Source: Candidatus Calditenuis fumarioli (GTDB taxonomy: Archaea; Thermoproteota; Nitrososphaeria_A; Caldarchaeales; Calditenuaceae). From it: a stretch of 64,000 nucleotides of DNA. Positions 35,125 through 45,497 of the stretch are shown one piece after another (positions within the stretch are counted from its first letter, which is position 1; each line of letters starts with the position of its first letter). Location: the NCBI GenBank assembly GCA_030059665.1, contig JANVYR010000002.1:384001-448000 (forward strand). Reading direction: 5' to 3'. Position numbers and translations under genes: made by a program. The notes beneath the pieces were generated by a model. It saw nothing but the letters and a program-made list of their open reading frames with translations. It made no database searches and was not told the origin of the DNA.

Positions 35125-38022
35125 TTGAGCGCGAGGGTGCCGCTTCAGAAGGTAGGGCCGAACGTCTGGGTGATCCCGAAGAGCTACAGGCAGGACATGC
35201 GCGTGCCGGTGTACGTCTTCGCCTCGGAGAAGCTGCTGGAGAAGATGACCACCGACAGGACGCTGATACAGGGCGTCAACGTCGCCACCCTTCCCGGGGT
35301 CCAGAAGCACGTGGCGGTCCTTCCCGATGCGCACGAGGGTTACGGCTTCCCGATCGGCGGCGTGGCCGCGATGGATGCAACCGAGGGCGTGATATCACCG
35401 GGAGGTGTGGGATACGACATCAACTGCCTTCCGGCCGGAACCATGGTGCTGACGAGTCTGGGATACAGAATTCCCATTGAGAGGTTCACGGGAGACGAGG
35501 AGGTCGTCTGCGTCAACCAGAAGCGCTCGGTACCCGCAGGGATCGTCTTCGTCATAAAGAAGGGGAGGGACCGGTTGCTCAGGATAAGGACGAAATCCCG
35601 CTTCGTCCTGACCGCAACCCCGGACCACCCCGTGCTGACGCCGGACGGCATGAAACCGCTCGAGGAGATAAGGCCGGGAGAGAGGATCGCGCTCTTCCCC
35701 TTCGAGGGCGTTGAGTATGAAGACCCCGGGGACCGCGTAATCCTTGACGAGACCGATCTGCCGGAAAACGTCAGGTCCGAGCTGAAGAAGAGGGGGCTGC
35801 TGCCGCTGAGGCTCGATAACCCCAAGCTCCCCTACCTAGCGAGGCTTCTGGGCTACTTCACCGGCGACGGCACTTTCGACGGCAAAGCCACCGTGTTCTA
35901 CGGCAGCGCGGAGGGACTGGAGGAGATCAGGAGGGACATAGAACTGCTCGGCTACAGGCCCTCGAGGGTCCTCACCCGCAGGAGGCAATCCGTCATCAAC
36001 GGCAGGAAGTTCATAGGCGTTGAGGGGTCGGTGCGGGTGAGCTCCAGAAGCTTTACCGAGCTCCTGAAGCGCCTGGGTGCTCCCGATGGCAAGAAGACTG
36101 ACGTGGAGTTCCTCGTACCTCGCTGGATCCTCGCAGCACCCAGATGGATAAAGAGGCTCTACCTCGCGGGACTATTCGGTGCGGAGCTGAACAAACCCCA
36201 GACGGTGAACGGATACAACTTCGAGGTACCGCAGCTGACGCTGAGCAAGAGACCTGATTTGGAGCTCAACGGCCGGTTGTTCCTAGAGCAGATAGCAGAG
36301 CTTCTTAGGGAACTCGGGGTCGAGACGACGAGCATAGTTGCGGCACAGGAGGGGAGGTGCGTGAGACTCAGGCTCCTCATCTCCGAGAGGCCTGAAAACC
36401 TGATCAGGTTGTGGGGCAGGGTCGGGTACGAGTACAATCCCCAGCGACGAAGGCTTGCGCTGGCTGCCGTCGTCTGGCTCAGGCTCAAGCAAAGCGTCAT
36501 CGACCTGAGGATGAGAGCGCAGGAGGTTGCGATCGCGATGGCGGCCGATGGAGCCACGGTAAGTGAGATCCGAGAGGCCCTCACCAGCGAGTTCGTCAAC
36601 GAGAGGTACCTGGAGAGATCCGTCTATGAGGGTCGTGAAGACGCTCCCAGGGTTCCGAGGGGCTTCCCGAGGTTCGAGGACTGGGCTGAGCTGCACCTCG
36701 ATGGCGACATAGTGTGGGACGAGGTCGATTCGGTAGAGGAGGCTGGCGAGGTCGACGAGGTCTACGACTTGACCGTCGCCAACTCCGGACACAGCTTCAT
36801 CGCTGACGGATTCGTGGTCTCTAACTGCGGCGTCAGGCTCATGGTGACGAACCTGACCGAGAAGGAGGTGAGGCCGAAGATCGTGGAGCTGATCAACGTG
36901 ATCTTCCGGAACGTCCCCGCAGGCCTCGGCTCCCGGAGGAAGGACTTCGTCTTCAGCATGTCGGACCTCGACAGGGTGGCGCTGGAGGGCGCGAGGTACA
37001 TCATCGAGAGGTACGGCCTCGGGTGGCCGGAGGACTACAAGCACATAGAGGAGGAGGGGAGGTATCCGAGGTACAAGACGGGCGACATCCCAGATCCGGA
37101 CCCGAGCGTCGTCTCCAGGGAGGCGAAGAGCAGGGGCCTCGACCAGATAGGCACGCTGGGCAGCGGGAACCACTTCCTCGAGGTCCAGAAGGTCGACAGG
37201 ATCTTCGACAGGGAGGCCGCCAGGAGGATGGGGATCTACGAGGAGGGCCAGATAACGATACTGATCCACTGCGGCAGCAGGGGCTACGGTCACCAGATCT
37301 GCAGCGACTACCTCAGGGTGATGGAGCGGGCCGTCCACAAGTACAACCTGAGGCTCCCGGACAGGGAGCTGGCCTGCACCCCGGCGAGCAGCCCCGAGGC
37401 CACCATGTACCTGAAGGCCTTCGGATGCGCTGTGAACTTCGCCTTCGCGAACAGGCAGGCGATCAGCCACTGGGTCCGACAGAGCTTCGAGCAGGTCTTC
37501 AAGAGGCCGGCTGAGGAGATGGAGATGAAGATCGTCTACGACGTCTGCCACAACATCGTCAAGCTCGAGAGGCACAAGATCGACGGCGAGACCAGGGACG
37601 TCTTCGTCCACAGGAAGGGAGCGACCCGGAGCTTCCCGGGGAACACGCCGTACTACAGCGACATGATACCTGCTGATTACAGGGACCTGGGCCAGCCGGT
37701 CTTCGTGCCGGGGAGCATGGGGACCGCCAGCTGGGTCCTGCTCGGTCAGCCGGGATCCCTGGAGCTCACCTTCGGCAGCAGCGTTCACGGTGCGGGGAGG
37801 CAGATGAGCAGGGCCGGCGCGAAGCGGCAGTACAGGGGCGACATGGTCGTCAAGGCCCTCGAGAGCAAGGGGATCTACGTCAAGGGCGACACGATGGACA
37901 CGATCGTCGAGGAGGTCCCCGAGGCCTACAAGAACCCGGACGACGTCGTAGAGGTGGCCCACTCGGTGGGCATCAGCACCAAGGTCGCCCGGCTGGTGCC
38001 GATAGGCGTGGTAAAGGGCTGA
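35125..38022 (+). CDS. rtcB: RtcB RNA ligase containing an intein
   Basis: LPDAHEGYGFPIGGV, GYDIN/CGVR, GTLGSGNHFLEVQ, HCGSRGYGH, YDVCHN, HRKGATR, PGSMG, HGAGR, EEVPEAYK. Confidence 0.97.
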   Translation: MSARVPLQKVGPNVWVIPKSYRQDMRVPVYVFASEKLLEKMTTDRTLIQGVNVATLPGVQKHVAVLPDAHEGYGFPIGGVAAMDATEGVISPGGVGYDINCLPAGTMVLTSLGYRIPIERFTGDEEVVCVNQKRSVPAGIVFVIKKGRDRLLRIRTKSRFVLTATPDHPVLTPDGMKPLEEIRPGERIALFPFEGVEYEDPGDRVILDETDLPENVRSELKKRGLLPLRLDNPKLPYLARLLGYFTGDGTFDGKATVFYGSAEGLEEIRRDIELLGYRPSRVLTRRRQSVINGRKFIGVEGSVRVSSRSFTELLKRLGAPDGKKTDVEFLVPRWILAAPRWIKRLYLAGLFGAELNKPQTVNGYNFEVPQLTLSKRPDLELNGRLFLEQIAELLRELGVETTSIVAAQEGRCVRLRLLISERPENLIRLWGRVGYEYNPQRRRLALAAVVWLRLKQSVIDLRMRAQEVAIAMAADGATVSEIREALTSEFVNERYLERSVYEGREDAPRVPRGFPRFEDWAELHLDGDIVWDEVDSVEEAGEVDEVYDLTVANSGHSFIADGFVVSNCGVRLMVTNLTEKEVRPKIVELINVIFRNVPAGLGSRRKDFVFSMSDLDRVALEGARYIIERYGLGWPEDYKHIEEEGRYPRYKTGDIPDPDPSVVSREAKSRGLDQIGTLGSGNHFLEVQKVDRIFDREAARRMGIYEEGQITILIHCGSRGYGHQICSDYLRVMERAVHKYNLRLPDRELACTPASSPEATMYLKAFGCAVNFAFANRQAISHWVRQSFEQVFKRPAEEMEMKIVYDVCHNIVKLERHKIDGETRDVFVHRKGATRSFPGNTPYYSDMIPADYRDLGQPVFVPGSMGTASWVLLGQPGSLELTFGSSVHGAGRQMSRAGAKRQYRGDMVVKALESKGIYVKGDTMDTIVEEVPEAYKNPDDVVEVAHSVGISTKVARLVPIGVVKG
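35425..36825 (+). mobile_element. intein (467 aa) with LAGLIDADG homing endonuclease
   Basis: starts CLPAGTMV, block B ATPDHPVLT, LLGYFTGDG and YLAGLFGAEL, ends VYDLTV...FIADGFVVSN before extein Cys. Confidence 0.93.
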
Positions 38023-38024
38023 GG

Positions 38025-38750
38025 TTGAGGTTAGGTCGCCGCTCCTTCCTGGCAGGCTCTGTCATTGCGATCGCTTCCTTCGCGGGCGTCCTCTCGACCC
38101 AGCTGACGTACGAGCTGCAGATCACGAGGCTGAGGGTGGACCTCGGAGGGAGGCTCGCCTTCGTGCCGGACCTGCACTACCATCGGCCCAGCGAGGGTCA
38201 CGTGAGGAATTTGCTCGAGGCCCTGGATCGGGAGGACCCAGACGCGGTCGTGCTCGCAGGAGACGTGGTGGACGAGGAGACGTCTGACGTCGAGAGCCTC
38301 GGGAGCGTCCTGAGCCGGATCGAGTCGGACCTGAAGCTGGCGGTGCTGGGGAACCACGACTACTGGAGCGGCAAAGCAGGGGAGGTCGCTTCGATGCTGC
38401 GGGGGCACGGCTTCCGCGTTTTGCTCGACGATCTGGTCGAGACACCGATCGGTAAGGTCTACGGCTTCGACTGGCGTGAGGACAGGCGGTACCGGCCCGT
38501 GATGGTGGATGGGATCGTCATCGCCCATGACCCCAACGCCGCCGACAGCGTCTCCGGGAACGCGCTGGTCCTTGCGGGTCACACCCACGGCGGCTTCTCG
38601 ATCGGAGGCTTGACGCTCTACTCGAACTCGAGGTACAGCAGGGGCCTCTACGAGCTGGGAAGCGTGAGGCTGTACGTCTCGAGGGGCGTCGGGCAGATGA
38701 CGCACCAGATCCGGATAAACTCGCCGCCTGAGCTGCTGATCGTCGAGTAG
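38025..38750 (+). CDS. metallophosphoesterase
   Basis: PDLHY, AGDVVD, LGNHDY, AHDP, LAGHTHGG. Confidence 0.9.
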   Translation: MRLGRRSFLAGSVIAIASFAGVLSTQLTYELQITRLRVDLGGRLAFVPDLHYHRPSEGHVRNLLEALDREDPDAVVLAGDVVDEETSDVESLGSVLSRIESDLKLAVLGNHDYWSGKAGEVASMLRGHGFRVLLDDLVETPIGKVYGFDWREDRRYRPVMVDGIVIAHDPNAADSVSGNALVLAGHTHGGFSIGGLTLYSNSRYSRGLYELGSVRLYVSRGVGQMTHQIRINSPPELLIVE

Positions 38751-38963
38751 GAGCGATGCCGTCGAAACATCGTTGGGAGATCATCCCGTATGTAGTCTGG
38801 CCGCAAGAGTCCGCCGGGAAGAGGGCCTCCCGAGAACCGAGTCACACACCAGTCTGACCAGCTATTCCGTGTATTGGACTCCTGTGACCGATTTAGTAGG
38901 GAAAGCTCATATGATGCACCAGCGGCCCTTACACGTGGATTGGGCGAGGGAAGTGTAAGTCCG

Positions 38964-39353
38964 TTGGGGGAGAAGGTCCGCCAGAAGCTTACGGTGGACG
39001 AAAGCACGCTGCTTGATGACCACCTCGACAGGCTGAGCAGGTTCATCGGTCTCACCGCGGACGGCAAGGTCGTCTTCAAGGTCGACAAGGGCGCGTTGAC
39101 CCAGAGACATCTCATCCTGCTGTACGCGATCGGGAAGTACCTCGCCCACGAGGCGGGTTATGCGAAGGAGCCTTATGTTACGGTCGAGGAGTTGATGGAC
39201 GAGCTGGGGTTCGACATCCGCGTGGTCTCTGCCAGGTGCTCAGAGCTGAAACGCGAGGGGCTTTTGGTCTCGCCCGAGAGGGGCAAGTACAGGGCCCTGA
39301 TACGTCCGGCGATCGAGAAGGTGCTCGCGGAGTTGAGGGAGACATCTCGATGA
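38964..39353 (+). CDS. winged-helix hypothetical protein
   Basis: TVEELMDELG...VSARCSELKREGLL...RGKY; start uncertain. Confidence 0.6.
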   Translation: MGEKVRQKLTVDESTLLDDHLDRLSRFIGLTADGKVVFKVDKGALTQRHLILLYAIGKYLAHEAGYAKEPYVTVEELMDELGFDIRVVSARCSELKREGLLVSPERGKYRALIRPAIEKVLAELRETSR

Positions 39354-39428
39354 CGCGAGGCAAAAGGAACAAGGGGGAACGGCCAGGCAGTACGCAAGGC
39401 TGATGGGGCACCGGGCATAACTTCTGAT

Positions 39429-39878
39429 GTGGGCAGGGTTTACCTCGCTCTGCCACCGAGGGTCAAGGTCCTCGAGGCCCTGGGCGCGGTGGCCGGAGGA
39501 AGGGTCGAGCTCCTCTCGGAGAAAGAGGCGCGTGTCAGGTCATCGGAGGGCGACAGGGTCTACCGGATCGTCGTCGACCTGGAGAGCGGCGAGGTGATCT
39601 CGGACGACAACGGGACCGTGTACCGGAACTACGTCGGCTACCCGATCATCGCCGTCCTGATGAAGCTGGGGAGGCTGCCGTACGACGAAAAGTTGGCCCG
39701 GCACCTGGCCGACGTCAGGTGGCGCACCATGAACGAGAGGTACCGGAGCTACAGGCTGGTGGAGCGGGAAATTGCTCGGATGCTCAGGTCAGCGGGGATC
39801 GAGTGGTCTGAAGTCGAGGGGTTCGTCGAGATGGTCCTCCGTCAGCTGGGCGACATGAACCTCTGGAAGCGCGGTTGA
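39429..39878 (+). CDS. conserved hypothetical protein
   Basis: LPPRVKVLEALGAVA...SSEGDRVY...DDNGTVYRNYVGYPIIAVLM; host codon usage. Confidence 0.65.
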   Translation: MGRVYLALPPRVKVLEALGAVAGGRVELLSEKEARVRSSEGDRVYRIVVDLESGEVISDDNGTVYRNYVGYPIIAVLMKLGRLPYDEKLARHLADVRWRTMNERYRSYRLVEREIARMLRSAGIEWSEVEGFVEMVLRQLGDMNLWKRG

Positions 39879-39881
39879 GGG

Positions 39882-42800
39882 TCAGGCGACGTTCTCCAAC
39901 GGGTCCACCACGAGGCTCAGGAGGTACAGCGCCCTCAGCTCCCTCCTCGCGAGCTCCTCCAGCTTCCGGCCCGCGCTGTGCAGCAGCCTCTCCCTCCAAC
40001 CCCTCCTCGAGGTGGAGACCGAGAGGGCCCTCATCAGGACGTCTATCGAGGTCGTCGCGCTGCCCTCTCCCTCCCAAGTCAGGCCCGAGACGACGTCGGT
40101 GAGCGTGACGCTCTCGCCCAGTTGCCTCGCCGCGAGCACCGCGAGGTCCACCACCAGCCCCTCCTCCATCAGCCCGGAGAGCTTGGCCCTCAGGGACCTC
40201 ATCCCTAGCTTGGAGAGCTCCTCGAGCATCGCGTCGAAGTCGAAGACGTAGATCCTGAAGCCCTGGTCGACGAGCTTGGAGATCAGCGCCGATGACTGGA
40301 GGTAGGCCTCGTCGGGCTCCTCACCCTCGGCTTTGATGCCGACGGGGACCCTGAAGTTCTCGCCGTCGAAGACGGCCACGCTGTAGAGCGATCCTCCGGT
40401 GCCGGAGACCGTAGCGAGCCCCTGCTCACCGAGCTGGAAGGAGTACGTGATCACCACGGCCCTCCGCAGGGCCCTGCTGGGGAGTGGCAGGACGCGCTCC
40501 TTCCCCATGAATTGCACCCTGATCCTCTTGGTAGCGAGCACCCTCTCAACGATGTGGACGGCGCTCCTCCTCGCGACCTCCCAGTCCATCCCCCTCGCGG
40601 TCAAGGTCGAGTAGGCGTACTCGTTCACCGCCTCGAGGAGGGCCTCGTCGAGGCCGTCGGGCTGGTAGCCCTCCAGCAGCTCCTTAAGCCGCATCCAGTC
40701 GATGTGCTCCAGCAGCCCCGCGGACTCCGTCTCGTGGATCGCGACGAACTTCCGCTCGCCTGCGATGACGACGTCGTACTTGATCGTCTCCAGCGGCACC
40801 AGAAGGGCCCTCCTCAGCACCAGCTCGATGAAGGCAGCGCCGAGCCTGAGGTGATCGGGATCGTTTCTCGGGTCGACCTCCACCAGCATTCCGTAGGTGT
40901 AGTCGCTGTACACCCCATCCGTCAGGGCCGGTACCACGATCGTCTTCGTCTCTCTCGTCACCACCGTGAGGTCCTCCCTCAGCCTCACCACCCTCGGCCT
41001 CCTTCCCTGGAGTATCCATATCGCCCTGTTCGGGATCTTGTAGTACCTGCCGAACCTCTCGGGTGGCTTCACGACGCACAGCACCTCGCTGTGGAGGAGC
41101 CCTGCCCTGTAGTCGCCGACCACGTTCGGCTGCTGGCCCCACTTCCTGACGGTGGACGTGTACTCCTCGAGGACGTACTGGAGCGGCTCGTACCTCCTCA
41201 AGGTGGACTCGCTGAGGTCCTCCACGATGACGCCCGTCACCACCTTCCCTCCCGAGCTGGGCCTGCTGAAGCCGGTGACGATGCCGTCGGAGGTGTAGTC
41301 GATGCAGCCGATCTGGAACTTCTCGACCAGGTCGACGTGCGATATCTCCTCGAGGTACTGCTCTCCGTCCCTCGTCCTCCGGATCCGCTTTATCCCGAAG
41401 GGCGGAGCGAACTCGTAGAAGTTCATCTTGAGGAGGGCCTTCTTGCCGGCGTCGTTCAGGCGAAGCCCCTCCCTCAGGCCCAGCTCCTCGAGCAGCTCGA
41501 GCTCCTCCTTCGATGCCTGCTTCGCGGTCACGGGGCTTGAAAGCTTGAGGAGGCCCTTGACCAGGGTGACGTACTTGTTGGCCGGGTTGACCATCACCCT
41601 CTCCCTCGGAAGCTGGAGCCACGAGATCAGCGCGTCGAGCCCCCTCCTGAGCAGATTGTAGTCCCACGAGCTCGAGGGGAAGATCACCGTCTCGGTCCGC
41701 TCTATCCCCTCCCTCCTGCCCTTCCTCCCCTCCTTCTGGAGGAACTCCCTCAGCGACTCGGGGAGGCCGATGTGCACCGTCCTGATCACGGTCCCGATGT
41801 CGATCCCCTGCGCGAGCGTCCTCGGCGATATCAGCACCTTCACCTCCCCTTTCCTCGTTTTCTCCTCGATCTCCTCCCTCAGGCTCTTGCTGAGCAGATG
41901 GTGGTGCGACGCGACCCTGTCCCCGACCCTCTCCCTGAGGAGCCTGGCTATCTCCTCCGCCCTCGAGATGCTCCTCGTGAAGACCAGCGTGAGGCCGTCG
42001 TCGTTCGCGTACCTCTCCAGCACGTCCAGGTAGCTGTGCACGGGCTCGTCGACCTCGATGCCGGCAGCCCTGGCGACCTCGATGACCTTGTACAGGTTAC
42101 GCCTTAAGGCGTCGTAGTCGTCCAGCGCAGACAGCACGTCCGCACCTGCACCAGCCTGGACGAGCCTCTCCCGCTCGGTCCTCAACCTCTCCCATAGCCT
42201 CCTCAGATCCCTCCCGAGGACGACGAAGGTGTGGTTGGTAGGGCTGAAGGCGTCTCCGTCGATCACCTCAGTCTCCAGCCCCGTGACCTCCGTCAGGTAG
42301 CTGGCCAGCTCGTCGGCGTTCTTCAGCATCGCGGTGGTCACCACGAACCTCACCGCGGGTGCGATCGACTCCCTGAGGAGGGATATCATGGCCAGCAGTA
42401 TCGCGAGAGACCTGGGGCCGTAGAAGTCGAGGTCGTCGATCACCATCAGGTCCATCTTCTCCAGGAAACCGCGAAGGAGGGACGCCTTGGCGGAGTACAT
42501 CCTCTTCAGCTCGTTCAGCAGGAAGGCGGGATTCGTGACCACGAAGTCGGCCGATGCTACCTCGCCCCTGAGCCTGGCGTAGTCCTGACGTCCGGAGAGC
42601 TCCGACTTCCTCGGCGCGTCCACGATCACCACCTTCTTGCCCAGAGCCTCCGAGTAGGCCCTCAGCCTCCTGACCTGGTCGTTGGAGAGCGCTAGCGTCG
42701 GGTAGACCGCCAGTGCCCTCAGACCGGCCTTAGCCGCGTAGACGAACCAGGCCTCGGTCTTCCCTGATCCAGTGCCTGATCTGAGGATGACGTTCTTTCC

Positions 42801-42992
42801 CTGCGAGAGGGCGGCCATCGTCCTGAACTGGTGGTAGTAGAGCCTCTTCTCCGCGATCTCGAAACCGGCACCAGCGAGCTCCGGCAGCACGTCGGCGAAC
42901 CTCACGTTGGCGCGCCTTGGCCTGGATGGCTCCGAGACCCGCTTGTAGTACTCCAGCCCCAGCTCCCTCAGGACCTGCTCGGTGTCGATCAA
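39882..42992 (-). CDS. large SF2 DEAD/DEAH-box helicase (Hrq1/SftH-like)
   Basis: SGTGSGKTEAW, YPTLALSNDQ, IDDLDFY, LAQGIDIG, QKEGRKGR. Confidence 0.88.
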   Translation of the reverse strand: MIDTEQVLRELGLEYYKRVSEPSRPRRANVRFADVLPELAGAGFEIAEKRLYYHQFRTMAALSQGKNVILRSGTGSGKTEAWFVYAAKAGLRALAVYPTLALSNDQVRRLRAYSEALGKKVVIVDAPRKSELSGRQDYARLRGEVASADFVVTNPAFLLNELKRMYSAKASLLRGFLEKMDLMVIDDLDFYGPRSLAILLAMISLLRESIAPAVRFVVTTAMLKNADELASYLTEVTGLETEVIDGDAFSPTNHTFVVLGRDLRRLWERLRTERERLVQAGAGADVLSALDDYDALRRNLYKVIEVARAAGIEVDEPVHSYLDVLERYANDDGLTLVFTRSISRAEEIARLLRERVGDRVASHHHLLSKSLREEIEEKTRKGEVKVLISPRTLAQGIDIGTVIRTVHIGLPESLREFLQKEGRKGRREGIERTETVIFPSSSWDYNLLRRGLDALISWLQLPRERVMVNPANKYVTLVKGLLKLSSPVTAKQASKEELELLEELGLREGLRLNDAGKKALLKMNFYEFAPPFGIKRIRRTRDGEQYLEEISHVDLVEKFQIGCIDYTSDGIVTGFSRPSSGGKVVTGVIVEDLSESTLRRYEPLQYVLEEYTSTVRKWGQQPNVVGDYRAGLLHSEVLCVVKPPERFGRYYKIPNRAIWILQGRRPRVVRLREDLTVVTRETKTIVVPALTDGVYSDYTYGMLVEVDPRNDPDHLRLGAAFIELVLRRALLVPLETIKYDVVIAGERKFVAIHETESAGLLEHIDWMRLKELLEGYQPDGLDEALLEAVNEYAYSTLTARGMDWEVARRSAVHIVERVLATKRIRVQFMGKERVLPLPSRALRRAVVITYSFQLGEQGLATVSGTGGSLYSVAVFDGENFRVPVGIKAEGEEPDEAYLQSSALISKLVDQGFRIYVFDFDAMLEELSKLGMRSLRAKLSGLMEEGLVVDLAVLAARQLGESVTLTDVVSGLTWEGEGSATTSIDVLMRALSVSTSRRGWRERLLHSAGRKLEELARRELRALYLLSLVVDPLENVA

Positions 42993-43007
42993 CCGACCCT
43001 TCCCTCT

Positions 43008-43613
43008 TCAGCGGCTCGCCATGATCCTCTCCGCTCGCCTCAGGTCCTCACCGCTCGTGACCCTGAGCAGGAACGTGAGCTTCGGGTCGAGGGACCTCAG
43101 TGCCCTGTAGTTGACGTAGATAGCGTTCCTGATGCCCTTCATCACCGAGTCCATGTCGTCCCTTTTGCCGGCGGCGTTGTATGCGCTGACGAACTCGCCC
43201 GACCTGAAGGAGGAGAAGAGGTAGTTCCTGACGCCCTCCGAGTCGGTCAAGACGGCTGCGCTGAAGCGCCTGGTTAGATCGAGCATCATCGAGGTGAACT
43301 CCACCGTCAGAAGCGGCGCGTCGCACGGCAGCACCAGCACCCTCTCCGACCCCTCCTCCGACATCAGCTGGTAGAGGCTAGAGGCGATGCCCCTGCTGCC
43401 CGACAGCATGAGCCTCCCGAAGTGCTCCTCGACCAGCTCGCCGTAGGCCCGCGCCTCCTCCTCGTCCCTCACCGAGACCACTATGTCGTCGACCTCGTCT
43501 GGGACCGCCTCCAGGACGTAGTGCAGAAGCGGTCTCCCCCTCAGCTTCACCAGCCCCCTCCTTACCCCTCCTATCTCGCTGAACTCCGTGAGGATCAGCG
43601 TCGAGACCTGCAA
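43008..43613 (-). CDS. MobA-like NTP transferase
   Basis: KLRGRPLLHYV, VLVLPCDAPLL; degenerate N-terminal nucleotide motif. Confidence 0.7.
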   Translation of the reverse strand: MQVSTLILTEFSEIGGVRRGLVKLRGRPLLHYVLEAVPDEVDDIVVSVRDEEEARAYGELVEEHFGRLMLSGSRGIASSLYQLMSEEGSERVLVLPCDAPLLTVEFTSMMLDLTRRFSAAVLTDSEGVRNYLFSSFRSGEFVSAYNAAGKRDDMDSVMKGIRNAIYVNYRALRSLDPKLTFLLRVTSGEDLRRAERIMASR

Positions 43614-43701
43614 CCCGTTGAACGGCCGACCAGCCGAATTATTAGTGAATCTCGTCCCCGATCCCGCCCTACGCATTTATTGACGCGGTGCGTTGCCCTG
43701 A

Positions 43702-43773
43702 GGGGCCGTGGTCTAGTGGCATGACGCCGCCCTTACACGGCGGAGGTCGTGGGTTCGATTCCCACCGGCCCCA
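43702..43773 (+). tRNA. tRNA-Val(TAC)
   Basis: GGGGCCG/CGGCCCC acceptor stem, CCGCC-CTTACAC-GGCGG anticodon arm, GGTTCGATTCC. Confidence 0.96.
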
Positions 43774-43925
43774 CACAGGCGGCCCACTCGATGGAACGAT
43801 CATGGAGGGCTCCGCTTTCTCCCCATGTGTATCGCGGGCAAATCGCTCCGTGCTGGTTGAGAGCCGCTCGATTTGTGTGCAAGCACTATTAATTTGGCCG
43901 ACGAAGGAAGATCGCGGTGAAAGTC

Positions 43926-44312
43926 ATGTCCTCGGGCGATCGACCGGTTGCGGCGGCGATGCTCGGCCTCATCGCAGGCGTTCTCATGCTCATCGGCGGG
44001 GTAGCGGGGTTGGTGATTTGGGCCGTCGCCATCCCCTACGGCATGTGGGGCATGATGGGTGGGATGATGGCCTGGTGGGGCCCCATGTTCCTCGGCATGT
44101 TCTTCGTGGTCGTGGCGCTCATCTCAGGCGTTGTGGTCCTGACTGCCTCGGTGATGCTCCAGAGCAGGCCGGCCCAGGCCCAGACGTGGGGTCTCCTCAT
44201 GCTGGTCTTCTCCGTTATAGGACTGCTGGGAATGGGAGGGTTCGTGATAGGTTCGGTCCTCGGCATAATAGCGGGCGTTCTGGCCCTTACGTGGCGGCCA
44301 TCGCCGTCGTGA
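43926..44312 (+). CDS. small Gly/Met-rich membrane protein
   Basis: four TMs, GMWGMMGGMM segment, GGFVIGSVLGIIAGVL. Confidence 0.7.
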   Translation: MSSGDRPVAAAMLGLIAGVLMLIGGVAGLVIWAVAIPYGMWGMMGGMMAWWGPMFLGMFFVVVALISGVVVLTASVMLQSRPAQAQTWGLLMLVFSVIGLLGMGGFVIGSVLGIIAGVLALTWRPSPS

Positions 44313-44420
44313 TGGGCCGGCCAATCGCGGTCCAATGACCTCATGAGCGCGGTGCCGCCACCATCGCTTCCGTTTCATGCAGAATAACCCGCTCTGCATA
44401 ACTCCGCGTCTGATGGAGGA

Positions 44421-45425
44421 TCAGATCAGCTCGGCCAGCGCAGGAACCGGCGATCCGGGATCGAGCGTGACGGGCCTGCCCCTGAGCTCCCTCAGCGACG
44501 AGAGAGCCGTCTCCCTCCTCTCCCTCCTCCTGCCCGCCTCCTCCCACAGCTCGTGCTCCTCGGGCGTCATGGGTGCATAAGCCGGCAGCTCTCCAGGCCC
44601 CGTTATGTCCATCTTCACCATTGTGAAGTAAGCCCTCGAGGCCAGGACCTCTCCGTCCTCACCGAGTCTATGGGCGTCCACCTCCACCTCCATCGAGGAC
44701 CTCCAAACCCTCGTCAGCCGGGCCTCGAGCCTCACCGCCTCGTTCACCGTTATCGGCGCCACGAAAAAGGTCTGGTCCACGGATGCGGTAACGGTGACCG
44801 CGTTAGCGAACCTGAGCGCGAGTATCCCGGCCACCTCGTCCATGAACTGCATCAGCCTGCCGGCGAAGAGCAGGTCACCCGCGATCGTGTCCTCCGGCGT
44901 TATGCGCCTGTAGCTGACGAGCTGGTGCTTCACCACGCCCCTCCTCTCCCACCTGAGGGCACGGATCGAGTCCTCCGCGCGCCTCCTCCAGTTCCCCATC
45001 CTTTCCATCAGGGCTCCCTCCCATCGCTCGACCGGTTCCAGCGTCGCGTTCAAAGGCCTCGGCCTCCTGTCGGACCCCACGCAGACGTAGATCGCCTTCG
45101 ATGTGCAGGCCACGTCGTACGCGTTCCCCTCCCTCCAGATCAGGGCCTCCGTGAAGACCGAGACGGAGGACCTCCCCACGTGCCCTACCCAGCTCCTGTA
45201 CGTGATCCTGCTCCCCACCCTGACGGGGTTGAGGAAGTAGACCTCGTCCATGAAGCCCAGGACCACCTCGCCCTTGCCGCTGGCCACGGTCATCGCGGAG
45301 GAGGTGCTCGACTCGATCAGCCAGCTGAGCATGTTCCCACCGAAGAGGACGCCCAGCGGGTTCGCGTGCCTCGGCATCACGATCCTTGTGGTCTGCGAGT
45401 AGGTCTCGAGCGGCCTCAACCCCAT
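44421..45425 (-). CDS. double hot-dog acyl-CoA thioesterase
   Basis: PRHANPLGVLFGG and LFAGRLMQFMDE, VTASVD repeats. Confidence 0.88.
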   Translation of the reverse strand: MGLRPLETYSQTTRIVMPRHANPLGVLFGGNMLSWLIESSTSSAMTVASGKGEVVLGFMDEVYFLNPVRVGSRITYRSWVGHVGRSSVSVFTEALIWREGNAYDVACTSKAIYVCVGSDRRPRPLNATLEPVERWEGALMERMGNWRRRAEDSIRALRWERRGVVKHQLVSYRRITPEDTIAGDLLFAGRLMQFMDEVAGILALRFANAVTVTASVDQTFFVAPITVNEAVRLEARLTRVWRSSMEVEVDAHRLGEDGEVLASRAYFTMVKMDITGPGELPAYAPMTPEEHELWEEAGRRRERRETALSSLRELRGRPVTLDPGSPVPALAELI

Positions 45426-45497
45426 CGGTTCACGGAACCCTTCGCTATGACCGTTGGCGCACCACAGCTCCAGCGGGCATAGCGTCACGACCTCCTG

